From Gnetum montanum (Eukaryota > Plantae > Gnetophyta): a stretch of 64,000 nt of DNA. Position numbers and translations under genes: made by a program. Shown piece by piece: positions 53,900 through 64,000 of this stretch. The stretch's first letter is position 1. The number at the start of each line of letters is the position of its first letter. The stretch lies in assembly GCA_015680685.1 (NCBI GenBank), contig MNCI01000967.1, positions 639,452 to 703,451 of the forward strand, read 5' to 3'. The notes beneath the pieces were generated by a model that saw only the letters and a program-made list of their open reading frames with translations, ran no database searches and was not told the origin of the DNA.

Positions 53900-55680
53900 C
53901 CACATAGAGGATAAGATGGCTAAGAAGCTAGACAAGATCAATTTGATAAATAAAAAAGTTAACAGTAACTCAGTGAATTGAAATTTTTATTATGATATGT
54001 TGCAATGCTTTATGGAGTTGTTTACTTATACTACTTGTGAACTAGAGCCCAATATTGTTGATAGACTATTTGAAGTCACATGACCTACCAAAGCCTAATT
54101 AGTATTGGATGGTTATGCATGTCATGGTATGGATGACATAGATAATGGCATAGCCATGTCTCCTACTAGAGTTTCTAGCTTCTTGCCTCCTAGGAAGAAA
54201 CCCATTTTTGATAACACTAGGCGGGAATGACTTGGAAGAAAACTAGTAGAAGTGGATAATATGTCATTTGGTAAGAAAGCATGAGTTTTGGATAAATTTT
54301 TTATTTATTTTTATTTTTGTTTTTTTTGTTTTATGTATTTATAACATTTTTTAATGGATGTCTACATATTTATAGAGTTGAGAAAGATGGTTTGCAAAAA
54401 TCTTAATAAAGAAGAGCTGATCAAAGGGATGGTGAAAAGCTTTACATAGAAGCTAAGAACCATAACATATACTAATAAGTTTGTTTCATGTTATTGATAG
54501 CTATGATAGTGATAATCAATTGATATGTTATTAAGATAATGAATGGATTGTGTTGTAGACATTTAGATTACAATTAGTCATGATAAAGTGTTGGTTATGA
54601 ATCCTAATTTTCAAGTTCCAAAAATTGAACATTCTAGGGTATAGAAGAAGATGGATGCTTTGGCAAGGTATGGAGTGAAGATGGCTTCTCTTACTGTGAA
54701 GCAAACTAATACTAATGTTGGTTTGATGATAGAGCTTATGATCGTTAAAAAAGACGATAAGAAGCTCATGACATAGTTGGTGCAATTACAATAGAAAGTG
54801 GAGAATCTAAAGGCTAATTTATATGAGAGCAAGGTGGTGCATCATAATCTTACATCTTCTTCCTACTGGCAGTTACATAACTTATATGATTCCCTAGTGG
54901 CTATGCATACTATTTAACAATGAAAGATGTTAACCATGGAGAGGTTAAATAGCAAGATGAAGAATAATTATGTTACATAGGAACATTGGGGGCATTAACA
55001 ATAGAGGAGAAAGCTATTTTATAATAGAAAACGTCTTGATTCTTGCAAAACATCTTAGAGAGGAAGATATTTCTACAAGAGTGAAAGATATGTTGATAAA
55101 GAAGATGGAAGTTACTAAAGTATTGAAGATTTATAAGGAATATATTGTAGTTCACAACAAAGAGGTAGGAAAATCACTACCTAGCTCCATGGAGGAGGAG
55201 GATGATAGGACAAATAGAGAGGCTAGTATAGATGAGTCTATTATTATGCTAGAGATGTCTAACATTAATTTTGATGACTTGGAATTAATCTTTCTTACTC
55301 GTAAAAAGATTACTCAAAAGCTGATAGAGGAATATGGGCAGATATAAGCTACTGGAACATTAGAGACAAGAGGACAAGAAGATAAAATAAGTCAAGATGA
55401 TGAACTAATGGGTAAGAAGAAATGGTTTTAATTAATAAGTTTGTATTTATTTTTATGCTAATTTATATAGATGATGTATCTATTTTTATAGTTTTACTTA
55501 TTTTTTCTTTTTTTATGCATGTATATGCATATTTTATGTTGTTTATTAATGTTTGTATATTTACTTATTTTTATAGATGTAAACACACAAGAGCTTTGGG
55601 AAGCAAGACCAAGAAGATTATGTAGAAGTGATGGGGATGATTTTTTTATTGATGATTTAAGCAAAGGTGGCCAAGAGTAA
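53900..55680 (+). pseudogene. Degenerate spliced coiled-coil/acidic gene, probably TE-associated
   Basis: T-rich introns GTAAG..TAG at 54271-54375 and 55412-55576; exon-like segments rich in K/E/L (e.g. LVQLQ*KVENLKANLYE; ORF 54970-55347). Confidence 0.35.
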
Positions 55681-57279
55681 TAAATAAGAGATGTTGAGAT
55701 GATGTCTATGTTTTTGGCTTTATATCTTTATTAGATGTGATATGCCTGTATTAACATGTACATTTGATGAATATTTTGGTATGGACATTTAAACTATGTT
55801 ACATGAACTATTTTTTGTTTAAGGATTTTATTTTTTATATGTTTACGATTTTTAGTTTTATATTTTTGATATTTTTAGTTTTTATGTTTTTGGAATGTTT
55901 AATTTTTACATTATTATGTTTTTTATTTTTATTCTTTGAAACTAAAATGAACAACTAAAACAAAACATCTAAATGTAATTAAAGGGATAGCTAAGTGATA
56001 CAAATAAAACATAAAGAGAAACTAGATTATGAAAGTGCTTGATAGATCACTATAATATAAAATAAAATAAAGTGAAAATAACATAAATTGACTAAACTTG
56101 CTAGAAATAAAAAAAATTAAAAATAAAAAGATAAGTAAGGGACACGTAAAGAATAAGATATGAGAAATATAGTTCTTTAGGTGACTAAGTCTTAGAAATG
56201 GCTTAGTTTGCGATCTAGTAGAACACTTAACATTTTTTATAAATTTAATAATGTCTAACTCTCCAAATCCTAAATCTACAAATTTGTATGTGTTAGATGA
56301 CTACAGGATGCTAGCATTGGGTTCATGTGTTTCCTCCATTGATGGAGGGTGTTGGAACTCAAAATAATTCAAACATAGGTACACCCCAAGATTTATCGAT
56401 TTCTATAACTTAGTGCTACCTAGTAGAATCAAACTTGTGACCTAGAATTTCCTTCATTAATGACATTTGTCTTACTAGTGAAAGTCAGGACCCTAGTATA
56501 GTTACCTCTAAAATATCTACAAATATGAGATTAAAGGATAAGTTACTATTAAGTCAAAGGAAATTGCATGATTTAAGGTATTTTGAGTAGTTTAGTGCTG
56601 AATATGTCAATGAAGTATATCATCTAGCCTTGCACAAGGACCAAATGATTCCATATTTGTATTTAGGAAGTTTGCCAGCCAAGTTAGGACAAATGGTGCT
56701 ATATAAAGCCTTATAAAAGGTATATGCAATTCAACTGTTATTAGATAACGACCAAAGTGAAGATAGTGAAATTAGTGAAGTTGAAAGCGAACTTTCAAAA
56801 GAACCCATTGAACACATTAGAAGTAATATGATGCAACCAGCAGAAGATGATCTGGATTGGTTTACAGACATTACCTTAGAAGACTTAAATGAAGTCCAGC
56901 AATGGCTCAATGAAGAAGAAAAGTGGTCTACGGCAAGGGATGAATGGGTAACACCTAACTTGAAGTCTAAAGAGTTATTTGGAGATCGAGATTCCAGCAT
57001 CTCATCAACATTAGGATGCAAGGAAACCTTGCCAAGGGCAAATTCTAAAGAAAGTTCAGAAGATGAAGAACTTCCAACCAAGATCACACAGAAAGTGCCA
57101 AAGTTTTTGATCACTCCTTATCAAAAGCAATTTCTAGTTTTAGCTGTAGTCAAATTTGTAATAAGCAAACAGAAATAGGTAGATTCAAAAATACATAATC
57201 AGATTAAGCATTTTCTTTCTTTACATAGTGTGTTATTAGTCCCAATAAAGATTGCAATAGATGGTAGAGAAAAATGGTG

Positions 57280-59180
57280 AAAGTATGAAGCATTCATAGA
57301 AACAGGCGCAACTTTAAATTTCTGTCACAAAGATGTGCTAGAAACTTGGGTAACACATAAGCCAATTACATTGGAAACAATGAATGGAGTACGACAATTA
57401 TCACATTTTTGCTTTTGATGTTCCTATATCTTTAAATGATGAGTATGTGGGCTGTAAAAATTTTGTTCAAATATCAGACAGTGGATTTGATATTGGTTTA
57501 GGAGCATATTTTATGGATAGCATATGTCCATATACAGTTGGTTCAGAAATGATAGTATGTACTTCACCACAAAAAGATGTCAGGCCTAGGATCATTCTAA
57601 CTAGAATTCCTGCACAGCTTCATAAAAACAAACATGAGCAAAGAAGATAGAATTTCAATCAAAATAATCCTTCAATCAAAGAAGTGCTCACACAGTATGA
57701 ACTAGAAGAAGTAGCAAGAAATAAGTATGCGAGAATTCAACAGTTGAAGAAAGCTCAGCTTGATCTAAAAAATGAAGATGAAAGGATATTAAGCAGCTAT
57801 TTTGATGCATTATAGAAATGCTGTTGTGATCATCCCCTTGATTTTTGGGATAAAGATAGTCCAAAAGTGCACATTCCAACAGTGCATAACATTCTGGTTC
57901 AATTAAAGCTAATTATGCTAAATCAGCAAGATACAAAAGAAATGGCAAAGCAAGTAGCAGATTTTTTGTCTAAAGGTTTAATCAGGCCCTCACAATCTAA
58001 TTATGCATGTGCAAGTTTCATTGTTCGGAATCATGCCGAAATGAAAAGAGGAAAAGCTAGAATGGTGATTAATTACATCCCTCTAAATGCTGTCACCATT
58101 GAAGTCAAGTGACCTCTTCCTAACAAAGAAATCTTAATCCAAAAAGTCGCTACAAAAAGAATTTTTAGCAAGTTTGATTGCAAGAGTGGTTATCACCAGA
58201 TCAAGATCAATGACGAAGATATTCATAAAATGGCTTTCATCACTCCTCAAGGTCTGTTCGAATGGACAGTAATGCCATTTGGATTAAAGAATGCTCCAGC
58301 TCAGTTTCAGCGAAGAATGGATTCAATATTCGGCAAGCATCAAAGTTTTGTTGCTAATTATATTGATGATTTTGTGGTCTTTTTTGATACAACACAAGAT
58401 CATGCACAACAGCTACAGGTCTTTTCCAAATTATGTGCATAACATGGTATAGGTCTTTCACGAGATTCCAAGAAATTTCAGGTAGGAAGAAAAGCAATTG
58501 AATTTCTGGGTGTCAACATTCAAGAAGGCAAGATTTTTATGCAACCACATGTGCTACAAAAGATAGCGCAATTTCCCGACAAACTGGAAGATAAAGATCA
58601 GTGTCTGAGATTTCTGGGGTATGTTAATTATGTTTCCAAACATATTGCCAAATTCTTAGATAAAACGAAAGACATCAGATGGTGCAAGAATCGGCAACCA
58701 TTTCGATGGACATCTGCAGCAACTAAGCAAGTTCAGAACCTAAAGGAAGAATGCAAGACCTTGCCTCCTTTGAATCCAATCCTACAAGGTCCTTTCATCC
58801 TTAACACAGATGCAAGTTATGATGCATGGGCAGCAGTTCTACTTCGAACTAGCAATTCAAGAGAATTTGAAGAAGTTTGTGCTTATGCCTTCGATATTTT
58901 TCAAAAGCATGAGTTAAATTATTAGCCTGCAGAGAAGGAAATCTTAGCAGCAATTTGAGGTTTGGAAAAATTTTATATCCATTTAATTACTAAACCTTTT
59001 ATATTAAGGACTGATTCCTCTAACTTGGCAACCCTATTAAAGAGAAGAATTACTCCTTCCCCAAAGTTACAGAAGTTTGCATGGTGGTAATTTTTGGTCG
59101 CTCAGTATCAGTTTTCAATTGAAAGAATTCTAGAAATTACGAATAGTATTCCAAATGCCTTATCCTGAGAATTAAAGCCA
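57280..59180 (+). pseudogene. Caulimovirid pol (aspartic protease, RT, RNase H)
   Basis: YEAFIETGATLNFC (DTG-like); KGLIRPSQS; FSKFDCKSGYHQI; EWTVMPFGLKNAPAQFQRRMD; YIDD; IEFLG; TDASYDAWAAVL; ELNY*PAEKEILA; LRTDS. Several stops and a frameshift. Confidence 0.92.
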
Positions 59181-59722
59181 TAGATCAACATGTTATAGCT
59201 AGAATCTAGTAGCAGTTCACAGAATCCATTGCAAGATAGTGAAGAATGGAAAACATGGCCTATACACACTCTTGAAGAACGAGTTAGATGGTGTCGACAG
59301 ACCACAACCATGTTTCCACAAGAATCTTCACTAAGTCCTTCTAAACAATATCCAATGTTATATTTCTTTATTAATATGTCAGGAAGAATTGATTGTGTCG
59401 TCAACAATCTACGATGGAGTCGTCTTGAAGCAAAGATTCTACAGTATCTAGCCGTAACTGATGTTTTGGATAACCTGATCCTCATCTGAAGGCCTTTGTT
59501 CGCTAGCAACAATGCCATAACATATCTAACAACACCTACATTCTTCAGCATGGGAAGAAAAGTTGTGCTTATCCTTCCAACACATAAACTTCTTCCAAGA
59601 ACTTACCTGGTACACAAACGAACACGTGGTGCTCAAGCAACCACCTCAGCCAGAACTTGAAGACGTGTCATCCACTCCAGCAGGAATCCTCACCAAACTC
59701 TCAAAGCTTATTAAGGAATGCA

Positions 59723-59820
59723 TTGATTGTAGTTGAGCACGTGGAAAGATTTGCTTAGTTCATCATGCAATACTTAAAGTTATCAATAGCAAATCTTTCC
59801 ACGTGCTGGGCTACAATCAA
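59723..59820. repeat. Inverted repeat / hairpin with 33-bp arms and 32-nt loop
   Basis: TTGATTGTAGTTGAGCACGTGGAAAGATTTGCT (59723-59755) pairs with AGCAAATCTTTCCACGTGCTGGGCTACAATCAA (59788-59820); 30/33 Watson-Crick pairs. Confidence 0.95.
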
Positions 59821-59899
59821 AGCCTCAGCAAATTTTTATTAAGTTTGCTAATAGGCATGGAAGAGATAAGATTTAGAATGATAGAAGCATCTTGAAAGG

Positions 59900-61724
59900 A
59901 TAATATATTTGAATTAATGAAGAATTTACTAAAAAAGACTATGCAAAAAATAGGAAGAATGGTAGAAAATTAAACAAGCTTGCAGTGAAGATGAAATTGC
60001 TTACTTGAACTCCAAAAATATTGTAGTCATCAAGGAGAAGGTAAATGTGCCAAAATAGGAAATTTTTTTCTATTACATATGATTTTCTTAATGTTGAAGG
60101 TTCATTGGCTAATGATGCTAATACTCTAGATTCTAGGTATTTTTTTCAGTGATTTTGATATGTTTATTTTTGTTGAATCTTCAAAAGAAAACTCTCTTTC
60201 TTTATTCTAGGATTTCATATCATTTTTGTTAGAAATAAGCATTCCAAGATAAGGAGTAGATCTTCTGGTGGCATTTTTTATTTAATTAAAAAATCTAACA
60301 TCATTCTATTAAGGTGCATAAAGTTGATGATAATAACAATATTTATGGGTGAAAGTTCAAGGTATTTTAGAGGTTCTTTACAACATTTTTTGTTATTTAG
60401 CTTTAAGGAATTCTTCTGTTTACAAATTTGCTAATCTTTCATGAGATTGTCATTTCCAATACTTCAGTCAAGATACTGTAGAATTATCTAGGCTTGGTAA
60501 AGTTTTCTTTGTGATCCAAGTACTATTTAGAATCCTCATTTAAAGTTTAATGAAGATCTCTTTTTAGTTCATAAAAGATCATCCATTGATCATGTTATAG
60601 ATCATAGGGGTACTCATTTCTTAGAATGAGGCTTTGATTTTTTAATCATTAATGGCATCAATAAATTTCCTTCTTCCTCATTTTCGCTTTTCTAGGACAC
60701 CAAGGTAACTCTAGTATTGATCTTCTCTTGTCTCCTCATGATAATTTAGACGTAATGAAAAACTTTCAAATGGGAGGAAAACTCCTAGAATCTCCTTATC
60801 ATTATCTTAATTTCAATATTGTTACTTCAATTCATTATAAGAAATGTAGAACTCATTATCTTACAGAAGACATTCATCAAGATTTCTAAAGATTCGCTGA
60901 TAAGTTGGTCAATAATTATAGTGAGCTAAAATTCACTAATATTTTTTTATTTATGGAAATTAAGAAGAGGTTTGTTGCCAATTGTTAAATAGCTTATAAA
61001 GATATTTTAGCTTCACATTTAGATGTTTCCATGGTAAAGAATTATAGAAAGCTTATTTGTTTTAAAAAAAGGAAGTTAATTAAAGAAGAGTAAGAAAGAT
61101 TGACTAGTGAGTTAAAATCTAATCCAAAAAACTTTTGGAATTTATTTGGAGACAAACAAAAAAAATGGTTCGAATCTTTTCTTATTGATTATTTAGAATT
61201 TTCTGTCAATAACCTTTTTAATCAAGAGGCTTCGCCTGTTGTCCAAGATAACTTTGGTAATCTTGAGTTATTCCTTGTTGATGTTTCTGCAGAAATTTAA
61301 TGGTTATCTTTCAAGAAAGGTGCTTATATCGATAGACTATATGTACAACTTCTTAAGTGTGATGAAACATTGGTGTGAAAAGCAGCTTACAACTTGCGTA
61401 ATAAAGGGCTTTGAAAAGGTTTAGATTGCTCTTGGTATTCTAGTCAAGTAATCTTGCTTTTCAAAAAGGAAGATAAGACAAATCTCAAGAATCGTTGATT
61501 AATTGTAATCAATTCAATATCCACTAAGTTGTTGGGCACTATTTTGGAGAATAAAATTAGTTTATGGGCAAAAATGCAAGGTCCTCATGCTCATTTCCAA
61601 GTAGGCTTTAGGAGGAATCATTCTAGAGTAGGTGATCTAATAACATTGTGCTATTCTATGGAAAACATCAAAAAGTCCCAACCATAAGACTTTTATTTAT
61701 TTGGTTGACTTTTTGAATGCTTGT
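59900..61724 (+). mobile_element. Decayed non-L1 LINE (RTE/RTEX-like EN-RT) cut by an Athila LTR
   Basis: KSNPKNFWN; KGAYIDRLYVQLLK; KEDKTNLKNR*LIVINSISTKLLGTILENKISLW...QVGFRRNHSRVGDLITL; LVDFLNA immediately before the LTR. Confidence 0.7.
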
Positions 61725-62538
61725 TGATGAGTGGCGAGGTACCCCTACACTCAACCATATGAAACGGGCGTAGCATGCGCGATCCGGTCGAACTCCACAG
61801 ACTAAATGCCTAAACGCCCCATGAAACACTTGGGGTTAATCATTCGTTGTCTTCCCAGGCTTGCTTGTATGTGTCACGGTTTATGGTTAAGCAAGTCTGA
61901 GGTATATGATATTTTTGGTATTTTTTGGTTTATCTCCTATACTAAACGGTGAAGGGTTGAGAAACTAAAACTAACTCTAACTACAGCACTAAGTCCTAGC
62001 GTCAGCATCCATTCCCACTTGCCGTACACACCCTGAACTGTGCAACTGTGGCCACCAAATGCTAATCGTTACTGGGATTACCACACGTAACGCACGTGCT
62101 CAAAGCGGTCGTACTGAGGCACTTAACTAACCTAAGTGTGACAAGCAGCCGATTCCTTGACTAGCCGTACACATCCGTAGATGCTCGTAATCAAGTTGTA
62201 CTTGTCCCACGTTCTAGGAGGAAAGGGTGAGAGAATCTACTCATGATGAGTAGCCGATTCCTTGGCTAGCCGTACATGTTCATCAACACTCGTAACCAAG
62301 TCGTACTCATGNNNNNNNNAAAGCTGCTCGAATAAAGAACCGTTCACTTGGGGGACTCCTACTGCGGGCACATGGAAAATATTCTATCTCTGGGGTGATC
62401 AATCCGCCAAAGTTTCGCTACTTTATGCCTAGGATATCGAATGAGGGAAGTGCCGCCTCTTATTTATAGATATGGCAGCGGAGCGCGATATCGCATACGC
62501 GATATCGCGATATGGCTTGTGCAATCCGCATCTCATCA
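61725..62538 (-). repeat. 3' LTR of element 4
   Basis: Begins TGATGAGTGGCGAGGTACCCCTACAC, the reverse complement of the element 1 LTR end; CpG-rich; contains an N gap at 62312-62319. Confidence 0.92.
62144..62311. repeat. ~105-bp tandem repeat inside the young LTR
   Basis: AGCCGATTCCTTGRCTAGCCGTACA...CTCGTAAYCAAGTYGTACT starting at ~62144 and ~62249; runs into the N gap. Confidence 0.85.
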
Positions 62539-64000
62539 TACCCCCATGACTAAATGAAAACTCGTCCTCGAGTTCCTTACAATGATATCAGGTAGGTATG
62601 GAATTATTGAGGGGAATGGAACTAATGGAATGACATGTGAACGGTTCATTATTATAAGACTTGACAAGACTGGTGTTCATGACAACAAGGGTGAACACCT
62701 TATTACAATGACATCAGGCCACATTTGGCAGCTAAGAGAAAAGAGGAGAGAGAATAGCAGAGAGGAAGAGAGAAGAGTCTTGCTACTGCCAACTCCTAGA
62801 TTGCGCCTTCCATTGTCCATCTTTAAGCGCATTATCCATTCTACTCCTTGCATAGCTGCTTCAGCGCTGCTCCATTCCAAGTGTTTGCCCAGATCCATTC
62901 CGTTGTTGTATGATTGCCATCGGCACACACAACACAATCATATATTAGCAAGGGTAATTGAATCATTACGTAATTAATACCTTGCTTCGGTGTAAGTTCA
63001 TTGGCTAGGTTGTGGTATGGCTGATATGGACTTTGGAATATGTAGATGATGACTATCGAAGGTGTAGGGGTTAGGAAGATAAACGAAAAAATTTGGGGCT
63101 TAGGAGAAAAATCGAAAAATCAGGCCCCATACCCCCATGACTAATCGCGAACCTTTGATAGCGTTAGAATGGAGAAAGAAAAGGAGTAAGAAAGGTAGGT
63201 AGAAAGGACAACTATGGCATCAGTGAAGTGGATGTCAATGATCGAAATGAACAAAAATAAAATTAATTATAAAATGTTAAGGAAAAGAAGTTAACTAATG
63301 TTCCAAATAGGAGTGTCAGTGGGTCCTCCCCAAAGCAGGTTCATGCCCTTAATGCCCTGACAATCCCACATTCAAAGAGTCCGTAGGCTCTGGGAATGTC
63401 CTTTGGAATAAGAGTTAAAGTCTTAACCGTTAAAATTTACCAAAAAGAAAACAATGCATCAACCAAAATATATACACTAATGATACAACCGGCAATGAGG
63501 TGAACAATGGAGAGAAGGATGGAGAGAAGAGGAGCGGAATGGAATCCCAAGATAAGGTGGTGTATAGCCCCTTGTGTGTTTTATGATTAATGCGACTTGG
63601 CAAATCTCATTCCAACTCTGGCTCAAACCAACCACTTCTAGTGACTTCGCATTAATGCATTCGGTTAAACCATCCACGTGGATAAGAAGGATGCATCTTC
63701 AAAGAGCCACCACCATTCCGACAAAACAAAGGAGAGAATGGGAAGTGAGAAGGGCCTTAGTTAGAGGGAACACTTTGGTTCCATAACCAGTGCTTGTAGC
63801 CCCAAAGTTATTCCGTCTAAGGGGTGTGCTTTGAATCCTCACTTTGGTTTTTTTTCTTGTTTTTATGCGTGGGGACCACACCATGCAAAGACTTCTTATT
63901 TTTATTGTCTCAGCTTCCGAATAATGGGTAACATCGGAACGGTAATAAAACTCAGGAAGAAAACATCCAAGCACCCAAGAGAATGATCAACAAAAAAGCA

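Larger units (their letters stand above)
56735..59860 (+). mobile_element. Endogenous caulimovirid (plant pararetrovirus) fragment
   Basis: Acidic spacer, then AP-RT-RNaseH with no integrase and no LTRs; Caulimoviridae-type RT motif FIVRNHAEMKRGKARMVINY. Boundaries are approximate. Confidence 0.9.
61725..64000 (-). mobile_element. 3' end of a young Athila-clade element (element 4), continuing beyond the window
   Basis: 3' LTR 61725-62538 (TGATGAG..CTCATCA) homologous to element 1 LTRs; PPT TACCCCC and hairpin AACTCGTCCTCGAGTT on +; 3' non-coding blocks shared with 19400-20130. Confidence 0.9.

Noticed and set aside
53400-55420. hAT transposase (LEMSNINFDDLE recalls a hAT C-terminal pattern)
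   Set aside because: No CERNWS-type dimerisation motif, catalytic residues or TIR/8-bp TSD were found; the neighbouring segments look coiled-coil.
56100-56735. Viral movement/coat protein or tRNA-Met primer site upstream of the caulimovirid pol
   Set aside because: No TGGTATCAGAGC, zinc knuckle or movement-protein motif was recognisable.

Overview
AT-rich, CpG-depleted plant nuclear DNA made almost entirely of nested, decayed mobile elements; no intact host gene, rRNA, tRNA or CRISPR was found. Elements with both ends resolved: (1) a full-length Athila-clade Ty3/Gypsy element on + (11788-21731, TSD GTAAG, tRNA-Asp PBS) inserted into an older Tat/Ogre-like gag; (2) a second, older Athila-clade element on - (33440-51840, TSD AATAT) carrying (3) a full-length L1 LINE (38963-44782, 18-bp TSD, C-rich rather than poly(A) 3' end) and an unclassified ~2.9-kb insert. 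Partial elements: a gag-only Athila derivative (~28.5-33.2 kb), an endogenous caulimovirid (pararetrovirus) AP-RT-RNaseH fragment (~56.7-59.9 kb) ending in a 33-bp-arm hairpin, a non-L1 LINE remnant (~59.9-61.7 kb), and the 3' end of a young CpG-rich Athila copy (61725 to window end). The most interesting signals are conserved, pairable sequence blocks in the Athila 3' non-coding region, the C-tailed LINE, the viral hairpin, a ~190-bp-periodic motif array at 5.0-6.6 kb, and swapped palindromic U3 motif arrays between LTR subfamilies. All alignments were done by eye, and coordinates of decayed regions are approximate. The host may be a non-flowering vascular plant; this is a weak inference from the LINE types.
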